DNA from: a candidate division FCPU426 bacterium | GTDB taxonomy: Bacteria > Oederibacteriota > PGYV01 > Palsa-1178 | DNA length: 64,000 bases | Reading direction: 5' to 3' | Assembly (NCBI GenBank): GCA_963840035.1 | Contig: CAWIXE010000001.1 | Coordinates: 544,001 to 608,000, forward strand | Shown here: positions 29,593-40,849 of the stretch, piece after piece | Layout: every line of letters begins with the position of its first letter | Position numbering within the stretch: position 1 is the first letter of the stretch | The notes under the pieces: generated by a model | The model's input: the letters and a program-made list of their open reading frames with translations, nothing else | What the model was told of the DNA's origin: nothing | Databases searched by the model: none | Program-made: the position numbers and the translations under genes

Positions 29593-32500
29593 TTGTCTTT
29601 TAAAGCATTATCAGTAAAGGCATTTAAAAGAGCTGGTTTGATATTTGCCATGATTTTTATTATGGCTATATTTACTAATGCGGCAACAATAATATTACCT
29701 GCTACCGGTCTAATGTCCGGGGAAACCACGGATCCGAACTGGCAAAACCCCGCCGGCATAAGCGCGCCGGATTATCAATACGCTTCAGCCACAGCCAAGG
29801 ACCAGAAGCTTTATACAGCTTTTAACCAGATGCCATTGAACGGCGTGATAATTAACTCCATAACACTGCACGTCATGCACGTAACCGAGGGGACAATAAC
29901 CCCCGGGGATACAATGCAATTAAATTATTCTTTTGATAACGGCTCCAGCTGGCATTCTGCAACAACACTTCTGTCAAACATCATGGAAAATTCCGCTGTC
30001 GGCATTGACATATCTGAATTTGACCCGTGTGATGAAACCAGGGTTAATTCATTCGGGCTTGACATATCGCCTGTCAGCGATACTTTTGACCGTTTTATGA
30101 TTGATTATACATATCTGCTTGTCGATTACACCGTGCCTTCGCAGACAGTCACTTTTACCCCGAGTTTTACAGCCACCCATACAGACACTCCGTCGGCTAC
30201 GGAAACAACAACCGAAACCGCGACACAGACAGCTACGGAAACAGCGACACAGACAGCAACGGAAACGGAGACCTGCACAATAACACAAACCATTACGAAA
30301 ACACAGACAGAAACAGCGACGCAGACAATCACTCAGACCGCGACTGTTACTTATACATCCACGCCTGAGGTGCAGGCATACATTGAGCCGAAATCCGCGG
30401 TCATGGGGGATACGGTAATATATACATACCGCGTGATTGCGCGGGGCAACGGGGCCATAAATAGCCTGCTTATCACGGCGCCGGGAGTTGCCATGACAGG
30501 CGTAGTGAGCTCAAGGGGAGGGGCCATATCCTATCCGGGAGTAAACGTACAGGTTACATACGGCACCGCATGGAACACATTAAGCGACCCGAATTTTGAC
30601 GTGATAACATTTACAGGAGTAATAACAACTGCAGGCACAAAGACATTTACCGGCCTTATAAACGGCGGATTTTTATCCACGGTTCCGTCAGGGTATACAA
30701 ACCAGGTCAGCGTGTCATCCCCAACATTTACAGTAACCTGTACTGTAACACCCACAGACACGCAGACTATAACCGCCACAGATACGCAGACTTTGACGCA
30801 GACACAGACGCAAACTATAACGCAGACGGCAACAGAGACCGCGACTCAAAGCGTCACTCAGACAAAAACACAGACAGCGACACAGACCGCAACAGAAACC
30901 GTGACGCAGACAGATACGAAAACCGCGACGCAGACACTTACGCAGACCATAACGCAGACAGACACGCCGACCATGACGCAAACAGCCACGCCCAGCGTGA
31001 CGGTGACGTATACATCCACTCCGGAGGCGCAGGCATATATACAGCCTGAAACGGCAATAATGGGGGATACGGTAACATATACATACCGGGTAATTGCGCG
31101 GGGCAACGGGGCCATAAACAGCCTGCTCATCATGGCTCCGGATGTCACAATGGCCGGCGCAGTGAGCGCGAACGGCGGCGTCATAACACAGCCCGGCGGG
31201 AACATACAGGTAAATTACGGGACCGCGTGGAATTCATCAAGCGACCCGAATTTTGACGTGATAACATTTACGGGGGTAATAACAGTAACAGGCGCAAAGA
31301 CATTTACAGGGCTGATAAACGGCGGGTATTCATGCACGGTACCGGCCGGGTATACAAATCAGGTAAGTGTGGCGTCGCCGACATTTACTGCAACAAGGAC
31401 GGCAACGCAGACTGTAACACAGACAATAACACAAACCCCTACGCAGACATGCACACAAACAATTACACAGACCGCGACTCAGACCAACACTCAGACCGCG
31501 ACACAAACCGCGACACAGACGATAACGGAGACTGCGACGCAGACCATAACAGCCACAGTAACACAAACCGCGACGCAGACCGGGACACAGACCATAACGG
31601 AAACCGCGACGCAGACCATAACAAGTACAGCAACACAGTCAGCCACGCAGACTGTAACGAAGACTGCAACCGGAACCGTGACACAGACAGCAACGCAGAC
31701 AATATCACAGACAGCCACGCAGTCCATAACGGAAACCATCACCCAGACCGCGACGCAGACTGTTACGGGAACAGTGACGCAGACAATCACGCAGACAGCG
31801 ACGCAAACTGCCTCTCCCACATGCACACCGACATCATACCTTTCAGTTTCCATAGGCCCGGCAAATCCGGCGTCAGCAAATTACATGTTTGACGAGGCAA
31901 ACGCCGTCTCCATGCAGATAAGGCTTTCGGCAAATAACGGGAATGTTGGGGTTGGAAGAATAGCATTTGTATCATCAGGGTCGCTCGTGGATTATACTGA
32001 GATAACAACTGCAAGGCTTTATATTGACAGCGGTACTACGCCGGGAGTGCTGGACGGGTCCGACGTACAGGTGGGAGATAATGAGCCGTTTGTCATGTTC
32101 GTTGTCGGGGATGGCAGGGTGGTTTTTGAAAAATCACCGCTTCTTTTCGGGGTAAGCCCGGGCACGCCAGTGGACCTTATACTTGTGGTAAGCCTGAATT
32201 CAATCGGCGGAAAAAACTTCAGGGACGCGACTACGGCCGCGGACATAAACGCTTTTGACCAGGCTTTCCTGCCGGTGGTTGTATCCGGTTCGGCAACAGG
32301 CAATTTCCATAATGTCATAGCACCGACCATGACAGTAACCCAGACATTTACGCCGAGCGCCACACAGACTGTGACGCAGACGGCTACGCAGACCATAACG
32401 GAGATATTTACAAAGTCAGTAACACAAACGGTGACGCCGACAGGAACGTCAACAATAACTCAGACTATTACCGAGACCGTAACGCAGACAGCCACTCAGA

Positions 32501-35169
32501 CAATAACGCAGACCGCCACTCAGACGGCCACCGAAACAGTGACTCAGACAGCAACGCAGTCAGCAACACAGAGCGTAACTGAGACGGTTACGCAAACAGC
32601 GACGCAGACAGCCACTCAGACAATAACGCAGACAGTCACACAGACAGTAACCGGGACAATAACACAGACTGTAACGCAGACAATAACGCGGACAGTGACG
32701 CAGACTGTGACACAGACTGTAACTGAAACAGCGACGCAGACAGCGACGCAAACCGCAACGCAGACCATAACGCAAACCGCGACTCAGACGGCAACACAGT
32801 CAGTGACCCAGACAATAACACAGACAATGACGCAGACAGCAACACAGTCAGTAACTGAAACAATTACACAGACTGCTACACAGACCGCCACACAGACTGT
32901 CACCCGGACCGCGACCGAAACCGTGACACAGACGGTGACCAAGACCGTGACTGAAACTGTCACACAGACAGTAACACAGACTGCCACGCCGACTGTCACT
33001 CAGACCGCGACCCAGACCGTGACGCCTACGACCGTATCCACGCCGGCGGCATACGCTTACATACAGCCTGAAATTGCGGTCAGCGGCGACAGGACAGTGT
33101 ATTCATATAAGGTAATATCGTACGGCAACGGAATGATAGACAGCCTGTTAATCGACGTGCCGCCGGGAGTGACGCTTAATAACACCCCTTCCACATCAAT
33201 GCCGGGCACGACAGTGTCAACCCCGTCGGGAGACATACTTGTTAATTACTCCACCCCGTGGAATGTTTTCTCAGGACAGGATTTTGACATCATAACATTT
33301 GACGCCACATCATCTTCAGGGGATAAATATTACGGGAGCACTTTAAACGGGCTTGTTGACGCGCGCGGCCTGACGCTTGGCGGACGCACGCAGATAGTGG
33401 CCATATCCACCCCGACATTTACCATAACAGCCACCGCAACCCCGACTTTTACCGCGACGCAGACCATAACACAGACTGTTACACAGACGGCCACTCAAAC
33501 AGCCTCGCAGACAATCACTCAGACCATAACGCAAACCGCGACGCAAACCGCCACACAGACAATAACACAGACAGCCACGCAGACCGGGACGCAGACGGCA
33601 ACGCAGACCGGCACACAGACAATAACGCAGACGGCCACGCAGACGATAACGCAGACCGCCACACAGACAATTACACGGACTATAACGCAGACAGCGACAC
33701 AGACAGCAACGCAGACAGGGACACAGACACAGACGCAGACTGTGACACAGACCGCGACTCAGACCGGGACGCCTACATATACGGTAACAGCCACTTCAAC
33801 GCCGACATTTACAGTCACGGTGACTTCAACATTTACATATACCGTGACGCAGACCGGGACGCCGACATCTACGGCCACGCAGACAGCCACACCAACCGGC
33901 ACGTTTACAATGACGGTGACGCCTACCTTTACAGAAACAAAAACGGCAACACCCACAAACACCGCGACCCCGTCAAATACGCCCACATTTACCGTCACTA
34001 TGACTTTCACTCAGACGGCTACACCGACAATGACCGCTACCACAACTGCCACTCCGACAAATACTCCGGTATTCAGGATGATGGCGCTGGCGCCGGGAGA
34101 GACTCCGCTTGCGTCAGCACCGGGGTATACGGGCACGCCGCTTACGCAGGAAGCGGGAAAACTTGTGACCATCACTGTCAGGGCTTATGACGATGTGTTA
34201 TTTAATCAGATAAATGTTTCAAACCTTATAACCATATCCTCATCGCAGAACGCCTGGACCGTACTGGATCAGGATAAAAATATGGCGGCAGGTGAGGCGC
34301 AGTTTTATGTAAGGTTCTTAAGGCCGGGTATTTATACCATTACAGCAAGGGACTTAAACGGCGAGTTTGCGGACGCTCCGACAAACTTAATACCGGTAAT
34401 AGTTACAGGCTTCGGCAATAACGCGCTTGTATCAAGGCTCATTTATAATGTTCAGACAGCCGTTAAAGGCGAAAAGAACGCGAGGGTGATGGATTTCACA
34501 GTCACAAACCCGAACTCCGGAGGGGCCCCGTACAGGCTAACAGGAGTTACCCTTACGGTATCCACGGCAGTTAATTCCGCCATAGAGCGCATAGTCATCA
34601 GGGACGGGACAAACACACAGATAAACCAGGTACCATGGGGCGCGGTAAAGCAGGTTTTTGTGCCTGTTAACATTTTAATAGACCCGCTGGCAAGCCAGAC
34701 CATATCCATAAACCTTGACATTTTAAACAGCGCGCCGGACGGGGCTTTCAGCGTTTCAATCGTGTCAGCCGCCAATGTGCTTGTGGAAAAGCTCGACGAC
34801 ACGAGGCAGTTTGTGGAAAGCTCGACAGGCACATTCCCGTACACAACCACGTCAATAAACGTCACGTCAGGCGACCTGACATCAAGCTTCTATAACTACC
34901 CCAATCCGTTCAAAGCCGGCTCGGAGCAGACCCTGATACAGTACTTCCTGGATAAGGACTCAAAAGTATCGCTTAAGATATATGACTTAACCAGCAGAAA
35001 AGTAAAAACCATAACAGAGTCGCAGCAGCAGACAGGCGGCATGATGTACAGGTTAAGCTGGGACGGAAGAAACGACGAGAACAAGCTGGTCTTAAACGGG
35101 GTATATTACGCGGTGATTAAAATAGACGGCGGCAAGCAGTACCATACGAAGATAATAGTGGTAAAATAA
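29593..35169 (+). CDS. Giant secreted Thr-rich (TQTx)n surface protein with repeated Ig-like modules and FlgD-Ig/YPNP C-terminal domain
   Basis: Signal peptide; long TQTATQTI arrays; three related ~115-aa modules; NYPNPF..LKIYDL..WDGRND..GVYY C-terminus. Confidence 0.8.
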   Translation: MSFKALSVKAFKRAGLIFAMIFIMAIFTNAATIILPATGLMSGETTDPNWQNPAGISAPDYQYASATAKDQKLYTAFNQMPLNGVIINSITLHVMHVTEGTITPGDTMQLNYSFDNGSSWHSATTLLSNIMENSAVGIDISEFDPCDETRVNSFGLDISPVSDTFDRFMIDYTYLLVDYTVPSQTVTFTPSFTATHTDTPSATETTTETATQTATETATQTATETETCTITQTITKTQTETATQTITQTATVTYTSTPEVQAYIEPKSAVMGDTVIYTYRVIARGNGAINSLLITAPGVAMTGVVSSRGGAISYPGVNVQVTYGTAWNTLSDPNFDVITFTGVITTAGTKTFTGLINGGFLSTVPSGYTNQVSVSSPTFTVTCTVTPTDTQTITATDTQTLTQTQTQTITQTATETATQSVTQTKTQTATQTATETVTQTDTKTATQTLTQTITQTDTPTMTQTATPSVTVTYTSTPEAQAYIQPETAIMGDTVTYTYRVIARGNGAINSLLIMAPDVTMAGAVSANGGVITQPGGNIQVNYGTAWNSSSDPNFDVITFTGVITVTGAKTFTGLINGGYSCTVPAGYTNQVSVASPTFTATRTATQTVTQTITQTPTQTCTQTITQTATQTNTQTATQTATQTITETATQTITATVTQTATQTGTQTITETATQTITSTATQSATQTVTKTATGTVTQTATQTISQTATQSITETITQTATQTVTGTVTQTITQTATQTASPTCTPTSYLSVSIGPANPASANYMFDEANAVSMQIRLSANNGNVGVGRIAFVSSGSLVDYTEITTARLYIDSGTTPGVLDGSDVQVGDNEPFVMFVVGDGRVVFEKSPLLFGVSPGTPVDLILVVSLNSIGGKNFRDATTAADINAFDQAFLPVVVSGSATGNFHNVIAPTMTVTQTFTPSATQTVTQTATQTITEIFTKSVTQTVTPTGTSTITQTITETVTQTATQTITQTATQTATETVTQTATQSATQSVTETVTQTATQTATQTITQTVTQTVTGTITQTVTQTITRTVTQTVTQTVTETATQTATQTATQTITQTATQTATQSVTQTITQTMTQTATQSVTETITQTATQTATQTVTRTATETVTQTVTKTVTETVTQTVTQTATPTVTQTATQTVTPTTVSTPAAYAYIQPEIAVSGDRTVYSYKVISYGNGMIDSLLIDVPPGVTLNNTPSTSMPGTTVSTPSGDILVNYSTPWNVFSGQDFDIITFDATSSSGDKYYGSTLNGLVDARGLTLGGRTQIVAISTPTFTITATATPTFTATQTITQTVTQTATQTASQTITQTITQTATQTATQTITQTATQTGTQTATQTGTQTITQTATQTITQTATQTITRTITQTATQTATQTGTQTQTQTVTQTATQTGTPTYTVTATSTPTFTVTVTSTFTYTVTQTGTPTSTATQTATPTGTFTMTVTPTFTETKTATPTNTATPSNTPTFTVTMTFTQTATPTMTATTTATPTNTPVFRMMALAPGETPLASAPGYTGTPLTQEAGKLVTITVRAYDDVLFNQINVSNLITISSSQNAWTVLDQDKNMAAGEAQFYVRFLRPGIYTITARDLNGEFADAPTNLIPVIVTGFGNNALVSRLIYNVQTAVKGEKNARVMDFTVTNPNSGGAPYRLTGVTLTVSTAVNSAIERIVIRDGTNTQINQVPWGAVKQVFVPVNILIDPLASQTISINLDILNSAPDGAFSVSIVSAANVLVEKLDDTRQFVESSTGTFPYTTTSINVTSGDLTSSFYNYPNPFKAGSEQTLIQYFLDKDSKVSLKIYDLTSRKVKTITESQQQTGGMMYRLSWDGRNDENKLVLNGVYYAVIKIDGGKQYHTKIIVVK

Positions 35170-35630
35170 TGGCGAAAAAAAACACGAACACGGCGGTCAT
35201 CAAAAACAGGAAAGCGTATTACGACTATGAAATACTAGAAAAATACGAGGCGGGAATAGTCCTGCAGGGCACGGAAGTAAAATCCATCCGTGAAGGCAGG
35301 GTGGACATAAAAGACGCCTTTGCCAGGATGTTCCGCGACGAACTATGGCTGATGAACTGCCACATAAACCCCTACACCCACGGAAACATAAACAACCACG
35401 ACCCGTTAAGGGACAGGAAGCTTTTAATGCACAGGAGCGAGATAATAAAACTCGTTGGAAAAATACAGAAAAAAGGGTTCAATTTAATAGCTCTCTCCAT
35501 GTATTTTAAGGACGGCAAGGTAAAGGTGGAGCTCGGGCTCGGAGTGGGGAAGAAGGCTTATGATAAGAGGGAGTCGATAAAGAAAAAGGACATACAGAGG
35601 GAAGAAGGAAGGCATGATATAAGGATGTAG
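35169..35630 (+). CDS. smpB: SsrA-binding protein
   Basis: NRKAYYDY, EAGIVLQGTEVKSIR, RKLLMH, GKKAYDKRE. Confidence 0.97.
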   Translation: MAKKNTNTAVIKNRKAYYDYEILEKYEAGIVLQGTEVKSIREGRVDIKDAFARMFRDELWLMNCHINPYTHGNINNHDPLRDRKLLMHRSEIIKLVGKIQKKGFNLIALSMYFKDGKVKVELGLGVGKKAYDKRESIKKKDIQREEGRHDIRM

Positions 35631-35679
35631 GGAAAGGCTGTAAAACAAATACCGCAAAAATATTATTTTTTTAATCGTG

Positions 35680-36183
35680 TTAATGTTTCTCTAATGATTC
35701 AAAATTTTGTTGTAAAAGCATATAAATACTGATTACGGTAAAAAATAAACCAATAGCGGCATCTGAAACATATATGTTTGAAAAACTAAAATGCTGAACG
35801 TTTCGCAATATTTCAACAGAGTTCTCAATTAATTTCGGTAAATAATCCACTAGACACACCAATACAAATGATTTAATAATTAAAATGGTAGTTTTTTTAT
35901 CAAAATTTTTGGCCTTTATATTTATAATTTTTTTATCGTTGTTTATAATTATATTTGATAATGTTTTAGAACCCGCAAACAAAAGCAAAACGACGATTAA
36001 GTTTAGGCATGAATAAAACAATGTTAAAAATATTGCAAGGTTTTTTTGATAATCTGTTTCAAATTTATAAACCGACCCAACAGAATATAGGGCAATCCCT
36101 AAAGATTGTAAAAAAAACAAAATGAAAACAAATGATAAAAACTTCAGCATGTATTCCATGATTTTTTTGGTTGTTATAATCAT
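35680..36183 (-). CDS. AT-rich multi-TM membrane protein
   Basis: About 4 hydrophobic helices; resembles the neighbouring gene. Confidence 0.65.
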   Translation of the reverse strand: MIITTKKIMEYMLKFLSFVFILFFLQSLGIALYSVGSVYKFETDYQKNLAIFLTLFYSCLNLIVVLLLFAGSKTLSNIIINNDKKIINIKAKNFDKKTTILIIKSFVLVCLVDYLPKLIENSVEILRNVQHFSFSNIYVSDAAIGLFFTVISIYMLLQQNFESLEKH

Positions 36184-36728
36184 TTTGATTGATTGTTCTT
36201 AGGATAGATATAATTTACTATCTTCGTTGCATAGTAAATAAAGCATAAACCAAGTATCACCATAAATATAGCCGCAACGATTTTTGATGTGCCATAAGAT
36301 AAAAATTTTATGCCTTCGGTCGACACCCCATAATCTTTGTTATAAGTAAAATATGTCAAAGATTGGGAAAACTTGTTCACATAGTTCAATAGTACAGTCC
36401 AGCCTGTTGTGACTATTATGAGCTCAAATACAGAGCTTGCGTTCTTGCCATCTTTAAAAAATGTGATCTTCATGTCGGTTTTCATTGTTTCATTGGTTAT
36501 ATATTCTGTTTTTCTCAATAAAAAATAGGAAATTATAAAATATGCAATAGGCACCAATGCCAGCAAAACAACTCTGATAGCATCGCTTGAATCAAGAATA
36601 TAATGATTATCAAGAGGTTTTTTTGCAATGATGGATAAAACACCCACCGGCAGCGTTGTACACCCTAAAATTATTGAATATATACCTAACACCTTTAAAA
36701 TTAGCTTATAAATTTCCTTTTTTGTCAT
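36180..36728 (-). CDS. AT-rich multi-TM membrane protein
   Basis: About 4 hydrophobic helices; RBS-like GGGTGGGG upstream. Confidence 0.7.
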   Translation of the reverse strand: MTKKEIYKLILKVLGIYSIILGCTTLPVGVLSIIAKKPLDNHYILDSSDAIRVVLLALVPIAYFIISYFLLRKTEYITNETMKTDMKITFFKDGKNASSVFELIIVTTGWTVLLNYVNKFSQSLTYFTYNKDYGVSTEGIKFLSYGTSKIVAAIFMVILGLCFIYYATKIVNYIYPKNNQSK

Positions 36729-36865
36729 TTATCCCCACCCCTTTTACTTACTGAATATAGGTATATTTTATCACCTTAAATCTTTATTTTCAAGAAATGA
36801 GTTGAATTATACTGTTTTAGCAAGTATATTATATATGCTTTCTGATCTATTACCCTTTACCATAT

Positions 36866-37203
36866 GGGGGCGACCGGATTCGACAGGTCTCGCGTAGATG
36901 TAAGGAGCATGCCAGTGCCCATGTCACTGTATAAACGTGGAACACGTAACTGCAAACGATTACGCTTTAGCAGCATAAGCTGCACCTCTTCTACTTCTTT
37001 TGCCTGCGGGATATAGAAGGGGACCAACAGCAGGCCGCTCAGTTAAGCGTTCTCCTTGCTTAGCTGCTAAGACTAAGGGAGAGTAGCGCCGGGTGATTGT
37101 GTCCGGTCAAGCAAACGGCGCGAAACCAAATACCGGAACAAGCATGTAGCCGCCTTTATCGAAACAGGTCTGGACGTGGGTTCAAGTCCCACCGCCTCCA
37201 CCA
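36866..37203 (+). ncRNA. ssrA: tmRNA; tag peptide ANDYALAA* (36952-36978)
   Basis: 5' GGGGGCGACCGGATTCGAC, tag GCA AAC GAT TAC GCT TTA GCA GCA TAA, 3' GTGGGTTCAAGTCCCACCGCCTCCACCA; close to smpB. Confidence 0.96.
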
Positions 37204-38694
37204 ATTATTGTTTTTCATTTTATAGAGAAATGAAAAATGATTTTTTACCGAAAAAGAAAGAGTTTTATTGGTAATCAAAGAGTTCAATAGTAGGATTTTC
37301 AAAAAATCACCCTGTTGAGCGAAAGTAAGAGTTTTATATCGATAAATAAAGAGATTCACGAGTTCAATAGTAAAAAGTGCTTTGTCGAGAGAACGACCCG
37401 AAAAACCCTTCCTCGCGTCAACCAACTGGGCCTCAACGTTCCTTATGAGGCCCATATACTCGGCGTTCTTTTCTTTCCAGAACGCCTCGTCAATCCTGCG
37501 GTCCGCCCGGTCGTCGTAAAGAGTGGAAACCCGACCAGTCAAAATTTTCTTTTCATTTTCCAACCGCGATATTGTCTGAGCGGAAATCTCATTGTCATTA
37601 CTGGCAGCGTTGGTCAGATGCTGCTTGATTGACTTTATGGCCTCGGCTGGCAAGTGTAACGGCGCAATTTGAGTGTGGAACAGTTTAGACATTTCCTCTG
37701 GTGAGATATAACAGTTCTTATGCTTACCCCTACCAAGAGTGCAATGATATCTTTCATACTTTCCCTTCTTATAAAACGTTCCAATAACCGAACACCCACA
37801 GAGCCCACATTTCAAAATACCGTTGAATGGAAACTTTACACAGCGTTCTTTTTGTTTGCGCGGGAAAACACCATAAGAGTCCTGTGCTTTTTGCCACAGG
37901 TCTCTTGAAACCAGAGGTTTGTGCGCGCCTTTATAGAACCCACCGTTCCAATTAAACTCGCCATAATAAAACGGGTCGCGTAATAACTTTGCCATTCTGG
38001 ACCTAACAACTCTCATGTTCCCTGGAAACTTAGTACCCAACTTGCGAGACCTCAAACCCTTTTGGTAGAGTATCTCTACTATCTCGTCTATGGTTTTATA
38101 CTTGGCCTTTAACTCAAAAGCCATTTTAACAAGCGGTCCACGGACAGGGTCGATATCAAGGACCTTTGTGACAGAGTTGTTAAGATAACCCAGCGGTGCT
38201 ATAGCCGGGAACTGGCCTTTCTCTACCGTAGAGTCCATACCTTTGCGGATACGTTTGGAAAGGTCGGCCGAATATTTTTCAGCCATTAAGACCTCTATCC
38301 CGAACATAAAAAATTCATCACTATCGGAATACTTATGTAGTTTCTTGTTAGTTCGGGCGAAATGAACCGTAACGCCGTCGTGTCGTATCAGTTTGCGAAC
38401 TCTGATTTTATCATCCTCATTTCTGGTCATTCTATCCGGGACATCAAAGACAAGGTGTTTGATTTTATTTTTTGCAACGTAGTCCAACATCTCTACAAAG
38501 TTCTTACGAACCCGGTCGCCGTCGTCCTTGCTGTCGTTTTTCCAAGCCGATTCAGGCCCGCGCCACAACTTTACTATTTCCAAACCGTTCAAATCCGCGT
38601 AATGCCTACCTGTTTTTTCTTGTGAGTCCATGCTTGTGTTGTCCTGTTGTTCCTCTGAAGAAACCCGGACATATAAAACCGCCAATTCTTTCAT
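37156..38694 (-). CDS. Large serine recombinase (integrase)
   Basis: LYVRVSSEEQ catalytic motif, DRMTR, APLGY recombinase domain, CGLCG..YHC Zn ribbon, coiled coil. Confidence 0.93.
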   Translation of the reverse strand: MKELAVLYVRVSSEEQQDNTSMDSQEKTGRHYADLNGLEIVKLWRGPESAWKNDSKDDGDRVRKNFVEMLDYVAKNKIKHLVFDVPDRMTRNEDDKIRVRKLIRHDGVTVHFARTNKKLHKYSDSDEFFMFGIEVLMAEKYSADLSKRIRKGMDSTVEKGQFPAIAPLGYLNNSVTKVLDIDPVRGPLVKMAFELKAKYKTIDEIVEILYQKGLRSRKLGTKFPGNMRVVRSRMAKLLRDPFYYGEFNWNGGFYKGAHKPLVSRDLWQKAQDSYGVFPRKQKERCVKFPFNGILKCGLCGCSVIGTFYKKGKYERYHCTLGRGKHKNCYISPEEMSKLFHTQIAPLHLPAEAIKSIKQHLTNAASNDNEISAQTISRLENEKKILTGRVSTLYDDRADRRIDEAFWKEKNAEYMGLIRNVEAQLVDARKGFSGRSLDKALFTIELVNLFIYRYKTLTFAQQGDFLKILLLNSLITNKTLSFSVKNHFSFLYKMKNNNWWRRWDLNPRPDLFR

Positions 38695-38850
38695 GACACA
38701 CCACCGTAAAAAGATTTGTTGTGGACTCTAACGCGTGAGTGATTTTAAGTCAAGAAATACCAATTTAGACCAAATTAATTAGTTTTTGTCTATTTTTGTT
38801 TTTGCGTAAATAATTGTTGACAAGCGGTATTTCCATGATATATTTGCGCT

Positions 38851-39068
38851 GGCAGAAAGAAATTAAGTCGCGCTTTGTTTGTGGGGTTCGCAAGCCCACA
38901 GTATGGGCGACACCCAGCCACGCGGGATATGCGCTCCGGGCTGATTAACTCATGAAGTCAGTAGACGGATTCACGAGTTTAAATCAGTGCAAGGAGCAGC
39001 GCAAATGCCCAGAAATCCGAACATCAATAACCCCTGCGTTATAGGTCTGTCCGTAATTACTGTTTGCC
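38851..39068 (+). ncRNA. Candidate structured RNA (~218 nt) of unknown class
   Basis: TTGACA (38817)..TATATT promoter; 5' GGCAGAAAGAAATTA pairs with 3' TAATTACTGTTTGCC; several nested internal stems. Confidence 0.5.
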
Positions 39069-39222
39069 TGCTCACTCATCTTATGTTCTGCAACGTGAAA
39101 CCAATCTTAAAATATTTTTAATTTAAGGTCATAAATCTGCTTATGTTTTTATATTTACAGAAGAGATAGGAACGGAAAGGACAGGAGTTCGAAGGCATGT
39201 CGTGCCGAAAAAGGAGTAGTAA

Positions 39223-40611
39223 ATGGTCAATCAAAACAACGCAAATGACAAGAATCAGAGGCCTGGTGGGACACCATTAAGTCCGATACACGGACAATGC
39301 TCCATCCCAAACGACAACCATGCCTCTGATATTTTTTTATCCCCTAAACAATACTATCGAGTATCAGTTGAAATTGCTCAATGGGCACATTCCGCTAATA
39401 TTAAATCTGCCAACCATAAAGGACAACACAAGTACGGAATCGCCGATTCTCTGGTTTACTCTGTGTTATTTGAAAGGTTTTGTTTCTATTTTAGTCAAGA
39501 CCAGTTAAAAGATGGTTGGTTCTACCAAAGTATCAGACAATTATCCAAAGCCACAGGTTTGTCTTTAAAACGAGTGCATATAGCATTGCGGTTACTTTCG
39601 AGGCATCAAGGTAATTGTATTGAGGTTAGAAAAGGCAATGCAAGTGTTGGAGAAGCAAATTGGTATAAAATTGTCAACGCCGAACTTGAACCAAGATATA
39701 CAAAAACGATAGGTTCAAAATGCAAAAATATGAATTATAAAAAAACATGCAATTACTGCTCGTATTTTATTGAATGTCAAAAAAAGAAACTTTTGATATA
39801 TATTCCCGGGAATAAAATCTTTGCACCCATAAGAAACAAATACATAACTATCCCCCCACGCATTGTAAAGACCCTTGGTATTAATGCTGCAGCGATTTAT
39901 GGAGTATTAAAAGGACAGCAAATAACAAACTTAAAGAAAAGCAAACATGATGCCCAAAAATCCATTTCTAAATTGTCCAATTTGCTTATGTTAAAACCCG
40001 ACACGGTAATAAGCAACCTAAAGAAACTTGAAAGTAAAGGACTTATAGTTATCAGCAGAAAAATGCGTGGTAATTGTAATACTTACAAAACAAACCCAAT
40101 AAACAAAGTTATACCTGTTTCCAAATCCAACGACGCCACCCCTATTCAGCCACAGCCCTGTTCCAATATGGATACAGGTTTAGTACATGGGACTACCCCC
40201 ATTCAGCCACGGGGTAGTCCCATTCAGAAACATATAATAAATAAAACAAGTAAATATACAGACAGTAAGACATTAAATACACATATAGAAATAGTTAAAT
40301 GCGGCCAAGAAGAAATGGCCGCATGTGAAGATATATTTCTTTTTGAAGAACAAAACCAAAAACCCTCAATATGTGAAGTGTCTTGTTTTGATAAGTGTAA
40401 CTCTAATGAAGGAAGTGTTTTTGGAAATGGGTTTGGTGGTTATGGATGGACCATTGCGAAGTTACGTAGCGAAGGCATGGCGGATGCCGATATCAAGTCA
40501 TTGGTTGCGGAACAACAGCAGCAGTTACAATTCGGGATAGTGCATGACTTGGTGCGTATTTTTTCTATGTCTTACGCATGTCCCAGAGAGGAGGTGGAAA
40601 ACGACAAGTAA
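39223..40611 (+). CDS. Replication-initiator-like protein with two winged-HTH regions and a Cys cluster
   Basis: GWFYQSIRQLSKATGLS..V..AL..L and SISKLSNLLMLKPDTVISNLKKLESKGLI; CxxxxxxxxCxxC between them; AAGGAG RBS. Confidence 0.6.
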   Translation: MVNQNNANDKNQRPGGTPLSPIHGQCSIPNDNHASDIFLSPKQYYRVSVEIAQWAHSANIKSANHKGQHKYGIADSLVYSVLFERFCFYFSQDQLKDGWFYQSIRQLSKATGLSLKRVHIALRLLSRHQGNCIEVRKGNASVGEANWYKIVNAELEPRYTKTIGSKCKNMNYKKTCNYCSYFIECQKKKLLIYIPGNKIFAPIRNKYITIPPRIVKTLGINAAAIYGVLKGQQITNLKKSKHDAQKSISKLSNLLMLKPDTVISNLKKLESKGLIVISRKMRGNCNTYKTNPINKVIPVSKSNDATPIQPQPCSNMDTGLVHGTTPIQPRGSPIQKHIINKTSKYTDSKTLNTHIEIVKCGQEEMAACEDIFLFEEQNQKPSICEVSCFDKCNSNEGSVFGNGFGGYGWTIAKLRSEGMADADIKSLVAEQQQQLQFGIVHDLVRIFSMSYACPREEVENDK

Positions 40612-40654
40612 AAGAAATGTACTTTGATTAACTCTACGGAGAAAGGAGTCAGTT

Positions 40655-40849
40655 ATGCGCAATAGAACGGAATGGAAAGACCCGGATGAGGTTATGTTCG
40701 GGGAGTACATAGACCCGGACGAACGTAAGTTCGAGGTCTGGCACGGCCCAGAGGAAGCCGCGGTGGCCCACTGGATTAAAACGATAGAAGAACGCAGGAA
40801 AACACCCGGATACCAGAATCTACAAGGAGGAAAAAAATGGGAAGAGTAA
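40655..40849 (+). CDS. Small hypothetical protein
   Basis: AAGGAG RBS; overlaps the next gene's start. Confidence 0.55.
   Translation: MRNRTEWKDPDEVMFGEYIDPDERKFEVWHGPEEAAVAHWIKTIEERRKTPGYQNLQGGKKWEE

Noticed and set aside
30355..31390. Two near-identical modules as a DGR template/variable repeat pair
   Set aside because: Both are in-frame coding, differences are not adenine-specific, and there is no reverse transcriptase in the window
30049..34010. Many short Val/Cys-rich ORFs on alternative frames
   Set aside because: Artefacts of the ACN-CAG repeat coding of the Thr-rich protein
38985..39002. SRP RNA (AAGGAGCAGC resembles domain IV)
   Set aside because: Lacks the CAGG-stem-GNRA arrangement and lies within a mobile island
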